Shown here: piece after piece, positions 13,591 through 27,183 of the stretch | How the letters are laid out: every line of letters starts with the position of its first letter | How positions within the stretch are numbered: the stretch's first letter is position 1 | NCBI RefSeq assembly: GCF_006345805.1 | Contig: NC_043021.1 | Coordinates: 17,794,001-17,858,000 of the forward strand | Direction of reading: 5' to 3' | DNA from: Octopus sinensis | Taxonomy: Eukaryota | Length of the DNA stretch: 64,000 nt | Position numbers and translations under genes: made by a program | Notes under the pieces: model-generated | What the model was told of the DNA's origin: nothing | Databases searched by the model: none | What the model saw: only the letters and a program-made list of their open reading frames with translations

Positions 13591-13954
13591 TAATCATAGG
13601 AGTGGCCACTAAATGTCCACAAAATTCTGCAGTGATTACCTTCTACTGTCTCTACAGTTTGTTAGTAAATGTCAATAGAACTGAGGGGGGTGGGGCTAAA
13701 GCTGGATGTTGCTTGACTCCTCATCAATCCCAGTTATGATGAAAGGTGCTCCAGCTTCGTTCACCAAATCTTTTTATCATTTGGATATAATGTACATAAG
13801 ATTGTGTTATCCACTGTAACCTTCCTTTTTTTTTTTTTTGTAAAAACAGTTGAGAGAGTTGGCTGTAATTTCTAGCTAGTACTGGTTAAAAGCCCATGAT
13901 TGATGATGTAATCCACTGGTAAATTACTTAACAGAACTTGAAAAAGCTGGGGAT

Positions 13955-14300
13955 GGAGAGAACACAGGTGTGGTTGTGTGTTAAGAAGAGTGCTTCCCGA
14001 TCACATTTTTCTGGGTTCAGTCCCATTGCATGGCACCTAAGGCAAGTATCTTCTACTATAGCCAAAGCCTTGTGAGTAAACTTGGTAGACAGAAACAAGA
14101 AGAAGCTCGTCATGTGTGTGTATTTGTCCCCCATCACCACTAAACAAATGGTGTTGGTATGTTTACATCATTGTAACTTAGCAGTTTGGCAAAAGACACT
14201 GTTAAAGTACTAGACTTACAAAAAAAATAAGTACCGAGGTCAATTTATTCAACTAAAATTCATCATGGCAATGCCCCAGCATGGCCACAGTCTAATGACA
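13955..14300 (+). mobile_element. SINE family A, older copy directly upstream of a young copy
   Basis: Colinear diverged match to 14330-14730. Confidence 0.8.
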
Positions 14301-14329
14301 AATAAATAAAAGATATATATATATATATA

Positions 14330-14730
14330 GGCGCAGGAGTGGCTGTGTGGTAAGTAGCTTGCTAACCAACCACATGGCTCCGGGTTCAGTCCCACTGCGT
14401 GGCATCTTGGGCAAGTGTCTTCTGCTATAGCCCCGGGCTGACCAATGCCTTGTGAGTGGATTTGGTAGACGGAAACTGAAAGAAGCCTGTCGTATATATG
14501 CATATATATATATGTGTGTGTGTATGTGTGTGTGTTTGTCCCCCTAGCATTGCTTGACAACCGATGCTGGTGTGTTTACGTCCCCGTCACTTAGCGGTTC
14601 GGCAAAAGAGACCGATAGAATAAGTACTGGGCTTACAAAGAATAAGTCCCGAGATCGATTTGCTCGACTAAAGGCGGTGCTCCAGCATGGCCGCAGTCAA
14701 ATGACTGAAACCAGTAAAAAAGATAAAAAA
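14330..14730 (+). mobile_element. Full-length young tRNA-derived SINE, family A
   Basis: A-box-like tggctgtgtggtaag, B-box-like gggttcagtccc, central (TA)/(TG) microsatellite, A-rich tail and retained CpGs; several copies in the window. Confidence 0.9.
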
Positions 14731-15754
14731 GAAAAAAAGAAAGATACATATATGTATATCAAAATTAATCAAAGGACATACTTCGCATGTCCTTTGATTA
14801 ATTTTAATCCTTCAGCTATTTAATGCTTTTTGGGGGCCTGCACTCGCCTATATTATTGAAATTGTTACACTCAATAACAAAAGAGTCACTGGTATCTTCA
14901 CAAATTATTTTTTCATGAATTATTTGCTCCGTAATGAAATATATATATAGTTTCTGCATTGTTAAATTCTTTGACAAGATTGTTACAGATGGTGTTAACT
15001 TGTGGAATAACAGAGCTAAAAGAACAAGCTTTATCTATTTTCACAGTTCTACAGGTTTGTAATCCTGTACAATTGGTGTTATACAGGAAACGTGTGTAAT
15101 CTTGTGTATGAATTTATTGATTAATGCATAAACTGTAATACAGTCCCCCTGCCTACAGGTGTAAAATTTGTTATGAAAGTGCAGTATTATCGAGATTTTC
15201 ATTATAAATCATAGTTTGTAGAATGGAGAGTAAAAAAGAATTGGTCTTTTCCTAGCTTTTCTATAGCTGATTCTTGGATTTTAATTCCGTGTTGTGCAGC
15301 GCTCATAGAATTCTTCTTTCTCAGGGGCAACAATAATTCTTAATGCTTTTGGGCTTTTTACTTTTTTTTTATTTTTTTTTTTTTACATATCCCTTAAAAC
15401 CTTACATGTTCATTGTACATAGTTGTATTCTATACACACATACACACACACCTTTTAATATACACAGTATTTAGAAAAGAGTTACAAATAGTTTCATGTC
15501 ATAGAGATAATAACTCAGCAGATTTATGTAACATGCCCTATGCCTCCAAGTAATCCTTCAGGCTCTTTTCTAAACAATGTGTATATTAAATGTATTAGAT
15601 GATATTTATCTCTCACAGGATGGAGCACTTTTTTTTTCTTGATGATGATTCTACTTAAAATGGAACAGTAAACTCTCTCTCTCTCTCTCTCTTTCATATA
15701 TGTATATGTATGTATATATATATGTATATGTATGTATATATATATATATGTATG

Positions 15755-15802
<48 letters not shown>

Positions 15803-16569
15803 ATGTTTTTTAATGTCCTCTTGTCCATTCTTGCATGGGTCAAACAGAATTTGTCAAAATAGATTTTCTATGGCTGGCTACACTTCTGAACACCAACCCT
15901 CAACTGTTTCCAAGTAAGGTAATATTTCCGCATGGCGGACATGTTCTTCATGGAAGATTGAAAATGAACAATGGTTGTATGATAGTTTACAGCCATCATG
16001 TGATTTCAAAATAAGAGCGAGCGCGCGCGCGCGCACACACACACACACAAATTCTTAGCCATACAGCCCCACCAGCACGCACGTGCCTGTTTTTTTATTT
16101 ATTTATTTAAAGAGAGAGTGATGAGGAGGAGGAGAGCTTGTGGATGAATTCAAATTAGAGCTCCACTGGTGATCTCCAGTCACAGACAGACAACTTTTAG
16201 AGGTGCACAGAAGCACTTCTTGCCATTGGGCTGCACTGGTAATACTGACAAAAGAAATCACTGAAATGAATATAACTTAGATTTTGAAGATGAGGTAAAT
16301 TTGCTGGATCCCTGTTGGGTTTTAGGTAAGCAATTTGAACATTTACAAAACTGAAATTCGTCTTTCATACTCGACCCTGTTCAGAGGTGCCAATACTGCA
16401 GTGAGGAAGCTTACAAAAGAATCTGTTCAGCAGAAGGCAATAAAGTTGCATATGCTATATGGTGTGACTTTTTAAACCAGTGAGAATCTCAACCCCAGAT
16501 GTCCAACTCTGTGATCAAATAGATACCCTGGGTGTGCACCTAGACACAGTCAAGTTCTCATAACTTAGA

Positions 16570-16730
16570 TTTCCATCTCCTGTATTTGATGGCATAAAAG
16601 ATGCACAGGCATATTACACACCCACCAATTTCAACGGTGCATATTCAATGGGAAAATTCTTTAGCCCATTAACACATGTAATATGGGCCCAATTTTACAT
16701 CAAGGACCTGAGATGATTTGAGACACCCCC
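16570..16730 (+). mobile_element. Degenerate RTE-like LINE fragment (Cys/His-rich segment after RT)
   Basis: Translation SISCI*WHKRCTGI...PINT...HQG resembles the RTE-clade SIxC..W.HKRC motif recalled from octopus LINEs. Confidence 0.4.
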
Positions 16731-17082
16731 CTACCCCCCACACACACACTTTTTTAAAAAGTGGCTCTGACATGCCAACAAAAACAGAAATCAAATTTTT
16801 GAGTGTTTTTTCTAGTAATAAAAATGTTGTTTTCTGAAACTACAGGTTTAATACTACCAGATGCACATTTAATAGATATAGTGATAGACAAGAGAATAAA
16901 TCAAATCCCTCTGCAAAGAAATTAACAACATCAAAAGGAAAATAAAATGTTTTCTAGTGATACAAGCAAAAATGAACATATTGTATTTCACATTGGTTAG
17001 GGTAATAAACGAGATTTGATTTTCCAATACGCTCCAGCTGCCTGTCTACTTGCTGATTGCATTTCCACAATAACATCATCAA

Positions 17083-17115
<33 letters not shown>

Positions 17116-18897
17116 ACAAATAATCGTTTCAACAAATATAGACAGCAAATACAGCTAATAACCACACATCTGCTAGGAGGAAGGAAGGAAAGGTCCTGAC
17201 ACTAATGGCAGAAACAGTTGTGTTTGTAGTTCATGGCATGCGTAGAGTATCTTAGAAACAATGTATGTATAAAAGTCGAAAGGGATTAACTGCAATTCAA
17301 TGCCAGTGATACTTTCACATTAAAGTTTAACAGGAATACAAGGGCAAATACCAACAGAATATTATAAAATACGCTTCACCTCTCCATGAATTGTAATATT
17401 TTATTCTTATTTCAATGACTTTTCACTTAAGAAGGCTCTCTCTTTCTCACACACACACACACACACCACAGTGAGGGAGCTAATTCCAATCCCTAAAGAA
17501 AGTTCAAATTTAATAGAGAAATAGAAACACAACTATGAAAACCAGCACCACTTTGATATTTAATCTAATTTCTCCATTGACCCCATTACACAATTTCGGA
17601 GAAAAGACTGTCAAATATTTTCAGATAGGCAGAACATTTGATTAATACATAAATGAGTTTACTTGAACAGAAGTCAAACCAAAGGCAATTCATAACTTCT
17701 CACTTAGAGACTCCAACATTCACAACAAAGACAATCACCCCTGTCCTTTCTTCAGGAATGTATGTATAAATACCAGAGACAAAAGCACAAAAGCGGTGTG
17801 TATGTGAGTGTGTGTGCATATATATATATATGTATATATATATAAACAACTACCAGAGACAAAAGCCTGAGTATTTTATCAATCATCTATTCAATACATG
17901 AGGGAGAAACAGCTAACACTAAAATTGAATTTACTATAGAAATAATTAAGAAATACTCATTGCTGCAAAGACTTAATTTCACTTTATTTTGTTTCGTTTT
18001 TTTGTTTTGTTACCTTTCTTCAGTGAAATGTGGTTGCCTAAAGTATTATATTTTAGGAATATTTCAAAAATAATAGAGTAAAATCAATAATAATAATGTG
18101 TTATTGAAGAAATAGCCATGAGAAAATCTATAATCTAATTTTTCAAGTCTCATGTAGAATTTGTGTTTACAACTAACGAGTGTCAATAATTTTGTAAGTT
18201 GTCCGCCATCATCACCACCACTTTGTAATAAACCACAAAACCATATCAAAAGAGATATCTGAAAACTATAATATTAAAAAAGAAAAAAAAAGAAACTCAA
18301 GCGAGGAACATGTATTTTAAACATGCACTTTATATTCAAGTGCATGTTATATGATAATTCAAACTTCGACACTTGAAAACTGAAGGGGGTCGGAGAGAAA
18401 TATGTCAATATTAAAAATCTATTAGTAATTGCATTTGCTACAGCAACAGATCAATTGTCTAACAATTTCAAATTGATATTACTTCAGTCTAATGGAAAGA
18501 GAACAATATTAGAAATTGATAGATAAACCATAGGGAAAAGATGACACTTTGCTAATGCAAACAGCACTGGTAAAACAGTTTTAATCACTCGCAAAATTAT
18601 TAACTCTTTCGTCGTCATATTTCTGCTGAAATACCTTAGTTTCAATTAATTTTGGAAATAACGAAGAATTCAGTAAAATAACTGTCATTATCAAGTTGAT
18701 GTTTGCAACATAAATTAACATGAAAGTTTGATGTAAGGTTTTAATTTACATCACTTTAAAACGAAGTTTGTGTCGTAGAACCAGGGGGTGGTCTAAGGGT
18801 GAGTTGCTATCAAAAGAGCTGAGCATTGTTTTAGCAACTTTCACACAACTTAGTTTTACCATTTTCCTAGACTACAAAAATCAGTTTGAATTATATA

Positions 18898-19127
18898 TTT
18901 CTTTACTACCCACAAGGGGCTAAACACAGAGAGGACAAACAAGGACAGACAAATGGATTAAGTCGATTACATCGACCCCAGTGCGCAACTGGTACTTAAT
19001 TTATCGACCCCGAAAGGATGAAAGGCAAAGTCGACCTCGGCAGAATTTGAACTCAGAACGTAACGGCAGACAAAATACGGCCACGCATTTCGCCCGGCAT
19101 GCTAACGTTTCTGCCAGCTTGCCGCCT
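18898..19127 (-). mobile_element. Young SINE family B
   Basis: CpG-rich and closely similar to 49324-49561; TSD-like flanks agt(t/c)tgaattata. Confidence 0.9.
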
Positions 19128-20447
19128 TATTAGTCTGAATTATAATCTATTGTAATCAAATTAGATGGTGCTTAGTTCCAGGTCAACAAGACCACTAACT
19201 GAAGTGCATGTAGGATTGCATTATCCATTGTGCTCTTCCTTTTTTTAAAGTCTGATGGAATGATTTAACATTTAACAACTACAAGGATATCCTTGTAGTG
19301 AAAAAGCTGTTTTAATCCCCGAGGGATGAGTTGTAGCAGAGATATAAATGGTGACAATAGAACTAATTTTTCTAAGTGGTTCCTTTGGACTCATAAGACA
19401 TTTTTGAAGCACTACTCCTCCTCATCTGATTTGAATAGATGGATATGATTAAGAAATCACCTGGAGATAATACATTGCTTTTGTTTTGTTTTCTATTGAA
19501 GGAAAGCTAAGAAAATATTCATTAAGTGAAAACCATTTACAGTTGTCTGTAGACATTAAAGAACATCAACAAACATAACTTTAAAAATTTTGTTTCTTCT
19601 CAACTGACAATTTATCATCTCTCACCAAGAAAATGTTAAGAAAATAAAAACAAATATATAAAACAAAAGAAAAAAATGGTTGAACCATTACAGAGTATCT
19701 AATTGTTAGATTATCAGGCTTACTTCAGAACAGAACCCAAAAAAAAAAAAAATCATTTTACAGAACCAAAAATATTCAGATTAATCTATTAAGATTCTTG
19801 TTCTTCATTAATGGCGGCAGCAGCAGCACTCAAGAAGTGACAAACTTCATGGAATCAACTTGCTGAAGCTTAAATGAATGTAAGATAGATCAAGTTTGAT
19901 GCTTCCACAATTAAAATAGCTGGAGGATATGTTAAGAAAGAATAGAATAGGATAAGATACAATAGGATGATAAAAAAAAAAGACAAGACTCCAGAGCCAA
20001 GGTAGATAAATAAAGGATGGGGAGACCTGATGGATAATATAATTCATGATTATATTAATGGAATAAGAGTAATTGAATTGATAATCTATCTATCATTAGA
20101 GCAGTAAGGAAAAAAAACAGGTAAAACAAATGATTTCAATGTTTACAATATTAGAAGGAGGAGTGGCCTTTTTAAGTAGACACTGGCCAGATATATAAGA
20201 AATAATTGTAAAATAATTATGTATGACAACTACTACTAATTAATAATAATAATAATAATCCTCTCTACTACAGACACAAGGCCTGACATTTTTGGAGGGT
20301 GGGTGCAGCTGATCACGTCAACCTTGTACTTACTTCATCAACCCCGAAAAGGTGAAAAGCAAGAATTTGAACTCGGAACATATTGTCGGACAAAATGCCA
20401 CAAAGCATTTTGCCCCGCATTCTAACAATTCTGCCAGCTCACTGTCT

Positions 20448-20478
<31 letters not shown>

Positions 20479-20639
20479 AACAACAAGTGATGAAGAAATT
20501 TTTTTTCTTCACATTTTTTTTGTTTTGCTTTGTTACAAGGGTATCATGTAAGGGGAGACTTCAAGAACAAATTACAAAAAAATGGTAATTTACGGTATAT
20601 GTAGAAAACCGGTGTGAAAAATAACAACAACAACAAAAA

Positions 20640-20960
20640 TCATATAGTGAAATAGCTTCAACAGGGAACATAACTACTCAGGGCCTATAAGGAAACACCA
20701 CAGATCTCAGGTTATCAGGAAGCAGCCATCAGGAGCCAATTGAAGAATCATCCAAATAACAGGTTATTCTGACTACCAAGAGTGAATGCCCTCTCCCCAC
20801 TGTTTGTCACCTCTGGCTTCACATATTTAGATATAAGCTCATTCATTCAAGCCAGACCTGATGCCCTCACTCACTTTTCGGCTCATCTACCAAAGAGCAA
20901 CACTTGCCTTCCTCTTCAAGTGTCACTTGAAAATGTTGAGGACACCTTGAGTGAAGAAGA
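20640..20960 (-). mobile_element. Degenerate L1/Tx1-like LINE 3' fragment
   Basis: Minus translation NIFK*HLKRKASV resembles the Tx1 C-terminal FK.HLKRK.RVER motif. Confidence 0.3.
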
Positions 20961-21308
20961 AATGTTATGTCCTCGGTCTTTTTAACTCTATAGCATTTAA
21001 ACCAGCCATAACCAGCCCAAATATTCTACCTGTGTTATATTCAGATCAGGCCTATCACACCTATCCTACAATGTCAATCTAAAAATAAACAATCACATCA
21101 TTGTAATTTTGGGGCTACAAAATAATGCAGGATGAATTCAAAGCAATGTGAATCAATAAGCAAGTGCATTTGATTGGGTGGATTCTAAAGGGCTAATATT
21201 GCTCACCACAACCACTGCTGTCACCACATATATTTAAATGAATAATAAGCATAACAATCATAATGATTTCTTACAGTGGCACCAGGTCGCTCATTTTGGG
21301 AGAGTGGT

Positions 21309-21528
21309 TTAACCCTTTCATTACCGTATTCATTTTGAGATGCTCTGTGTTTCTTTCAATTATTTTAAATATAACAAAGAATTTAGTAAAATAACTTAGT
21401 TATCATTCAGCTAGTGTTAGGATCATAAATTGTGACTAAGGTTTGGTATGAAAAACTTATATGAAAACAAGACATTTATACTACAGAGCCACAGCCGGTT
21501 TTGGCCGGGTTGGTAACAAAAGGGTTAA
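21309..21528. mobile_element. piggyBac-like MITE, family 1
   Basis: TTAA-CCCTTT...AAAGGG-TTAA termini; homologous to 9357-9586. Confidence 0.8.
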
Positions 21529-22325
21529 TCAGTGGTGTAATCAAAACCCAGTATGTAAGTGAGATTTTTACGTTATCAATCACAGAAGATGAAACAAAGT
21601 CAACTTCAGCAAGCTCTGAAACTCAGGATTTTAAACTGAAGAACAGACAGCTTATCCAGTGCTCAGTTATTGCTGTTCTTAACAACAAAATAACAACGGT
21701 TTCAAGTTTTGGCACAAGGCCAGCAATTTAATCCTTTCTACCCTCACACAAGACCAGGAATTTTGAGGGAGGAAGATTACATTGACCCCAGTGCATAACT
21801 TGTACTTAATTTATCAACCTTGGAAAATTGAAAGGCAAAGTTGAGCGCAGTGGACTTTGAACTCAAAACATAAAGTAGGAAGAAATGCCACAAAAAATAA
21901 TGATAAGTTTCATGTTTCGCCACACAAGGCCACCAAATTTTAAGGTCAGTACCATTGACCTCAGGACTTCTCTGATATTATATTTTATCAACCTCCACCC
22001 TTCCAAAGGACAAAGGGCAAAACTGAAATCAACAGGATTTCAACTTGGGACATATAAAACTGAAATAAATATCGCAAAGCATTTTGTCTGAAACTAACAA
22101 TATTCTTTCTTAAAGCAGACAAAATGCCAAATTATTCAAGTAAGCCAAAGAAGAATCCTTACAGCTATAAAATGTTGACTTCAATTTATAGTATCACCGG
22201 AGTTCTGTTGTTGGGTAGGTTAAAGAAGTCTGCTAGAAACCCAATTAGATGAGATAACATTGCTAAACTGGGGGATGCTACTCAAACTAAAGATCTACAG
22301 CTGTAACCAACACTACTACAACTAC

Positions 22326-22357
<32 letters not shown>

Positions 22358-23465
22358 TGGGGGGTGGGCGCTGTAACAGCATGTCGCTACATCCACCATT
22401 TGTTGGTGATTCCCTTTAACTCCCGGTGGATGACACCTTTGCACAGCTCAGTTTGGCTAGCCATTGCCGGTGAGCATTTTACGAGGTCAGAGTGCAAATC
22501 CTACCTCAACCTCTTTTTAGTCACCTTTTGCAACATACAGAGGAAACACTGGGTCTATTCTTTGACATGACGGACCCCCACCAAAACTGGTTCTCCAATA
22601 AATCCAATAAGTCTGTATATATTTTCGGCAAATCTGTTCTAACAGGTCTCTGTGACTGATTGAATTAGAATATGTCAACAAAAGCTTCACACTTCCTCAC
22701 TCAGTCAGTTTGGTAATCTAAAGCTTTAGTTGAAAAATTAAAACTGAGGTAGCATTTGTGTTACATTACATGCCATAGTCAATTCCCGATCAGCTAAAAC
22801 AAAACCACAGAATTCATTTAAGAAAAGAGAGAGAGGAGGAGAAGGTGTGGGGAGCATAGGGGGAGAGAGAGAGAGGATAAAAAGACTAGACAAAGAATGA
22901 CATGAGAGAGGAGCAGACAGAAATGTGAGATGAACAGGATGAGATGAGATGAGGAGAGAAGTGAGGAATGGAATCAATGCAAATCGAAGTGAAATGATAC
23001 AATGTGTTGAAGAAGACAGACATTGAAGAAAGTCAGTTAAAGGCAAATGGGAATGGCCAAAAATCATATTACTAATGTAGATTTATATATAAAGAACTAT
23101 TTAAATATTGGGAAATAGGAGTTGGACACACACACACACACGTGTATATCCAATACGGCAATAACTAAATCTTCACACAAAAACAGAAATAATCAATAAG
23201 AACTGACAAGTTGGCGATGAAAGCAGACTTTCCAGAGATAAAAGAAAGGATAGAAAATGTTTTCATAATATTTATCTTCTCTCTCCATCTCGTCATATGA
23301 GGCTGAAGGGAAGGTGTTCAGGAGGCATGGGATGTTAGATATGCAATTCTTTAATTCAATTTTTTCATTAGTCTCTTGGGGGAAGGCAGAATGAGTAGTA
23401 GTAGTAGGTTTCTCATTTTAAACTATGGTGAGGTGTGCTTGTGTGTGTGTATGTATATGCGTATA

Positions 23466-23518
<53 letters not shown>

Positions 23519-25070
23519 GTATGTATGTCAAGTGTGTTGACTCTTGAATGCTGTTCTAAAATTATATTATTTACCGATTGCTGTGTCTCATCAACCAAGC
23601 AAATCTTTATAGGGTGGGTGGAGAGAGAGGGAAAGATCTTGAATTTATTCCTCTGTTGGTGGGAGAGTGGGACGGTGGGGGGGCTGAATGGATGATTAAT
23701 CTTTTCCCAGCCTCACACTGCCTCTCCTCCTATGACCTCCTATGACAGAAAAACCACTTGTTTTGAAATGCTCAGATTTAAATTAAAGCTTCCATTATAA
23801 CATTATCTGAAAAACCTTTAACCCCCTCAGTTTTTAACCCAACCGTATCCAGCCCAAAATGTTCTACCTGTTTTACATTTGAAGTGGCCCGATCTGGCCT
23901 CTCACACCAAGCTGGCAATGTTATTCAAATCATAAACAATCACATCATTGAAATCTCAAAAGCTACAAGATAATGTATGATTAATTAAAAACAATGAGAA
24001 TAAGCATTACATTCAACAGAATAATCTTGAATGTTGAAGGGTTACAGTTATGTTCCAAACACCATCATAGATATACTGATACACATCTGTCTATCATTAT
24101 GTTGTGTTCACAACATCAGCTTCATTTCCTAATATACATTTGCCTTCAGTTAAATTCTATGTTCAAAATACCATCTTAACAAAATACAAATGAAGAAGAC
24201 AACTGTTAAAGATCTTAAGACAAGCCTTAAAGGAAGTTGTTACTGGAAAGGAAATAACCAAGTCACATTCAACAAATGTGAGGAAGATGAAACAGAAAAT
24301 CAGAGACAAAATACGCAGAAGCATCAATGATTGAATGATCAAGGTGTGAGTGTATTTCTTTGTTTTTAAGTGTAACTAATGTTCTACTTTTCAGTACAGT
24401 ATTATATCATATTTCTATTTTCATAAGGAAATGGTTGACTGTTACTTTGAAGTTTTGGATAAGTCGCCTTTGTCAGACAGTGTGCACGTGTATGTGTGTG
24501 TACAGACACACACATATGCATTCACAGAAAGAAGAGATATCAATAAAACTGATACATATTTCAACCCAGTAAATTTGCCCTTGTTGAAACGAGTTTAAAT
24601 ATTTATTTATATTAAGGCAAAGATAAGTGAAATAAAAGTGAAGATGATCTGAGAATAGAACAATTGTAATGTAGAGAAGCAAGAAATAAGTTTGGAGATG
24701 ATATTACAGTCCATCTACTGAGATGCAGATGGAGTTAAACTTGAATGTCTGCACATGCAAAATAATACACTTTATCAGCCAACGAGCAAAGCTTTTCGTG
24801 ATTGATGGATTTGTTAGAAAATAGCATGTCAAATCTTGATCTGCAAGAAACAATAGCCAAATCTCAAATCAAATTCCTACCAACTTAAAAATGGAAGGAG
24901 GCATGGATACAATATATCTGAAAGTTAGAATGGTCACAGATGGAACACCTCTGATCAAAGGTCTGCCACATCAGAGCTGACCAAGGGCTAAACAATAAGA
25001 GCATGAAGGAAGTTAGGTTATTTTCAGCAGTTCAATTCTGTTTCAAAATGACCAACAATTGACCCTAGAC

Positions 25071-25368
25071 CAGGAGCTCTCAACTATTTTTTTTATCTAT
25101 GGACCTCTTTAATACATATTTTATTCTGGTGGATTCCCATAGCCATTTGATGGTTAAAAAACTAGTTTTATAGAAACTTCTTTCAAAATTCCTATTTTGT
25201 TTTTCGCACATTAACTTGTGTAGGTTGAAATATGTAAAATGTGAGGGAAAGAAACCTAGCTAAAGCAAAATATTTTCAGGGGCCCTTCAAATACTAGTGT
25301 GGATCTCCAACTTACTATTCTATGTGAACCCTCATGAATTTTATATGGACCCCAGTTGAGAACCACAG
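25071..25368. mobile_element. hAT-like MITE
   Basis: Termini resemble CAG..GTTCTCAACT / AGTTGAGAACC..; related ends at 30819-31037 and near 63805. Confidence 0.55.
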
Positions 25369-25624
25369 AATTTGCTAGAATCAACAACAATCACCTCGCT
25401 ATTAATTTATGATAAATATTTCCCGCAGATCCATAACAATCGTCAGAATAGTTCAGTGAACACCAATAGATCTATTGTTGGTTGGTTTTGGGTTTGGAAT
25501 GGAAAGGTAAACAGGATCAGAATTTCAGTAGCTCTGCCTCAAAGATGAGATGACAAATGCTGAAGAGAATTGGTAATTATTATGATTACATCAAATGACA
25601 CTCCTGTCTGTTACAACAACGATG

Positions 25625-25915
25625 GTTCCGACTGATACAAACAATGGAACAGTCAGCTCATGAATTTAACATGAAAGCGGCTGAACGCTCCATAGACATG
25701 TGTACCTTAACATAGTTCTCAGGGAGATTCAGTGAGACACAGAATGTGGTAAGGCTGGCCCTTTGAAATACAGGTACTACTCATTTTTACCAGCTAAGCA
25801 GTTGGGAGCAACATGAAATAAAGTGTCTTGCTCAAGGACAGAACGTGCTGTAATCAAACTTACAACCTTATGATCATGAGCCAAATACCCAAACTATTAA
25901 GCCACATGTCTTCAA
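25625..25915 (-). mobile_element. SINE family C
   Basis: Colinear with 12680-12985. Confidence 0.8.
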
Positions 25916-27069
25916 TGTGGTTACATGGCAGACTCAGGACATCTGCCTGCGTGGAGAAATAGATGTTAAAACAATGAGGATCATCCTCATCTCGCCATTA
26001 GTTTACATCTGTTCTTCCCATGTTGATCCTTTACAATTAGGCACACACAGCAACAGAGATAACAGTCAATCTTTGTTATTGCATTTTTACTTTGTGTAGG
26101 CATAGGGGAGACATTAGCCGATGCCCTTCTCTCTCCCCAACCACTTTATAATAGGAACTAAATGTAGATTATTATATTGCCAACTCTAGAGAGGTTCTTT
26201 TGTAATCAGAATGATGGTCACTGCCTGGTTGGTTCATATTCAGAGTTGCCTGCATTTCAGCTTGCAGAATCCAACCTTCTTTCATCTGTTTGTCTACTTT
26301 TGAGGGGAGAGAAGTGAGCACCCCACTCCAGTTGGATACCCTTGATCTTTTTCATACTTAGTCTGATGGAAGTTTTGTCTGGGGAATATAAACCCTATTG
26401 ATCTCAGCAGGCCAGCAATGACCCTTGCAGGCCTGCTAAGATCAATATGATTTGCATCTCTGTGCTGACTTATACCAGAGAAAATGTGAGCAGCAGAGAG
26501 TGAGATTCTAAGCAGTTGACTGATAAAGGAAAAGGAATTAGGTAAACAAATATATCGAAAAACTAGAATATGTATTTATCACAGAGATAAAAAAGAAAAC
26601 AAAATTTTAACATTACCCAAATACAAGGCATTAGTATAACTGATAACACTGTATATAGGCTAAATAGATTAACTCAAATATTCTCTAGAGGTCATCTTAC
26701 AGTGAACTGACCGGATCATATATAAAATAGACTGGGTCGTGTTAAGTAACAGACATTCAAGTAAATCTTCACCAGTTTTTCATTAAAGTTAATTTCCTCT
26801 AAAGTACATTGTAGCATCGGACAGCACATGGCTTGATGCTGCAGTAATTTATATTGAAGTTAATCACCAAAATGACACCTGGTGATTAGTTGTGCAGTTG
26901 TACACCAACATCTGTTGAAAACTGATAAATCATTGATAATCTGTGGAGGTGAGGGGAGGGGCAGACAAGATTAAAAACCCTTGTTAAAAACTCCATCTAC
27001 AATTTGATACAGTCTTGCAAGGCAAACAGTAAAATGTGAGAACAAGATCTCCCTTCTATAACAATATCT

Positions 27070-27183
<114 letters not shown>

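Noticed and set aside
14330-14400. tRNA-like A and B boxes
   Set aside because: These are SINE heads; no complete cloverleaf, so no tRNA gene is called.
16220-16480. Plus frame DFEDEVNLLDPCWVLGKQF, faintly ATG4-like
   Set aside because: Stops are present, similarity does not continue, and it adjoins an RTE-like remnant.
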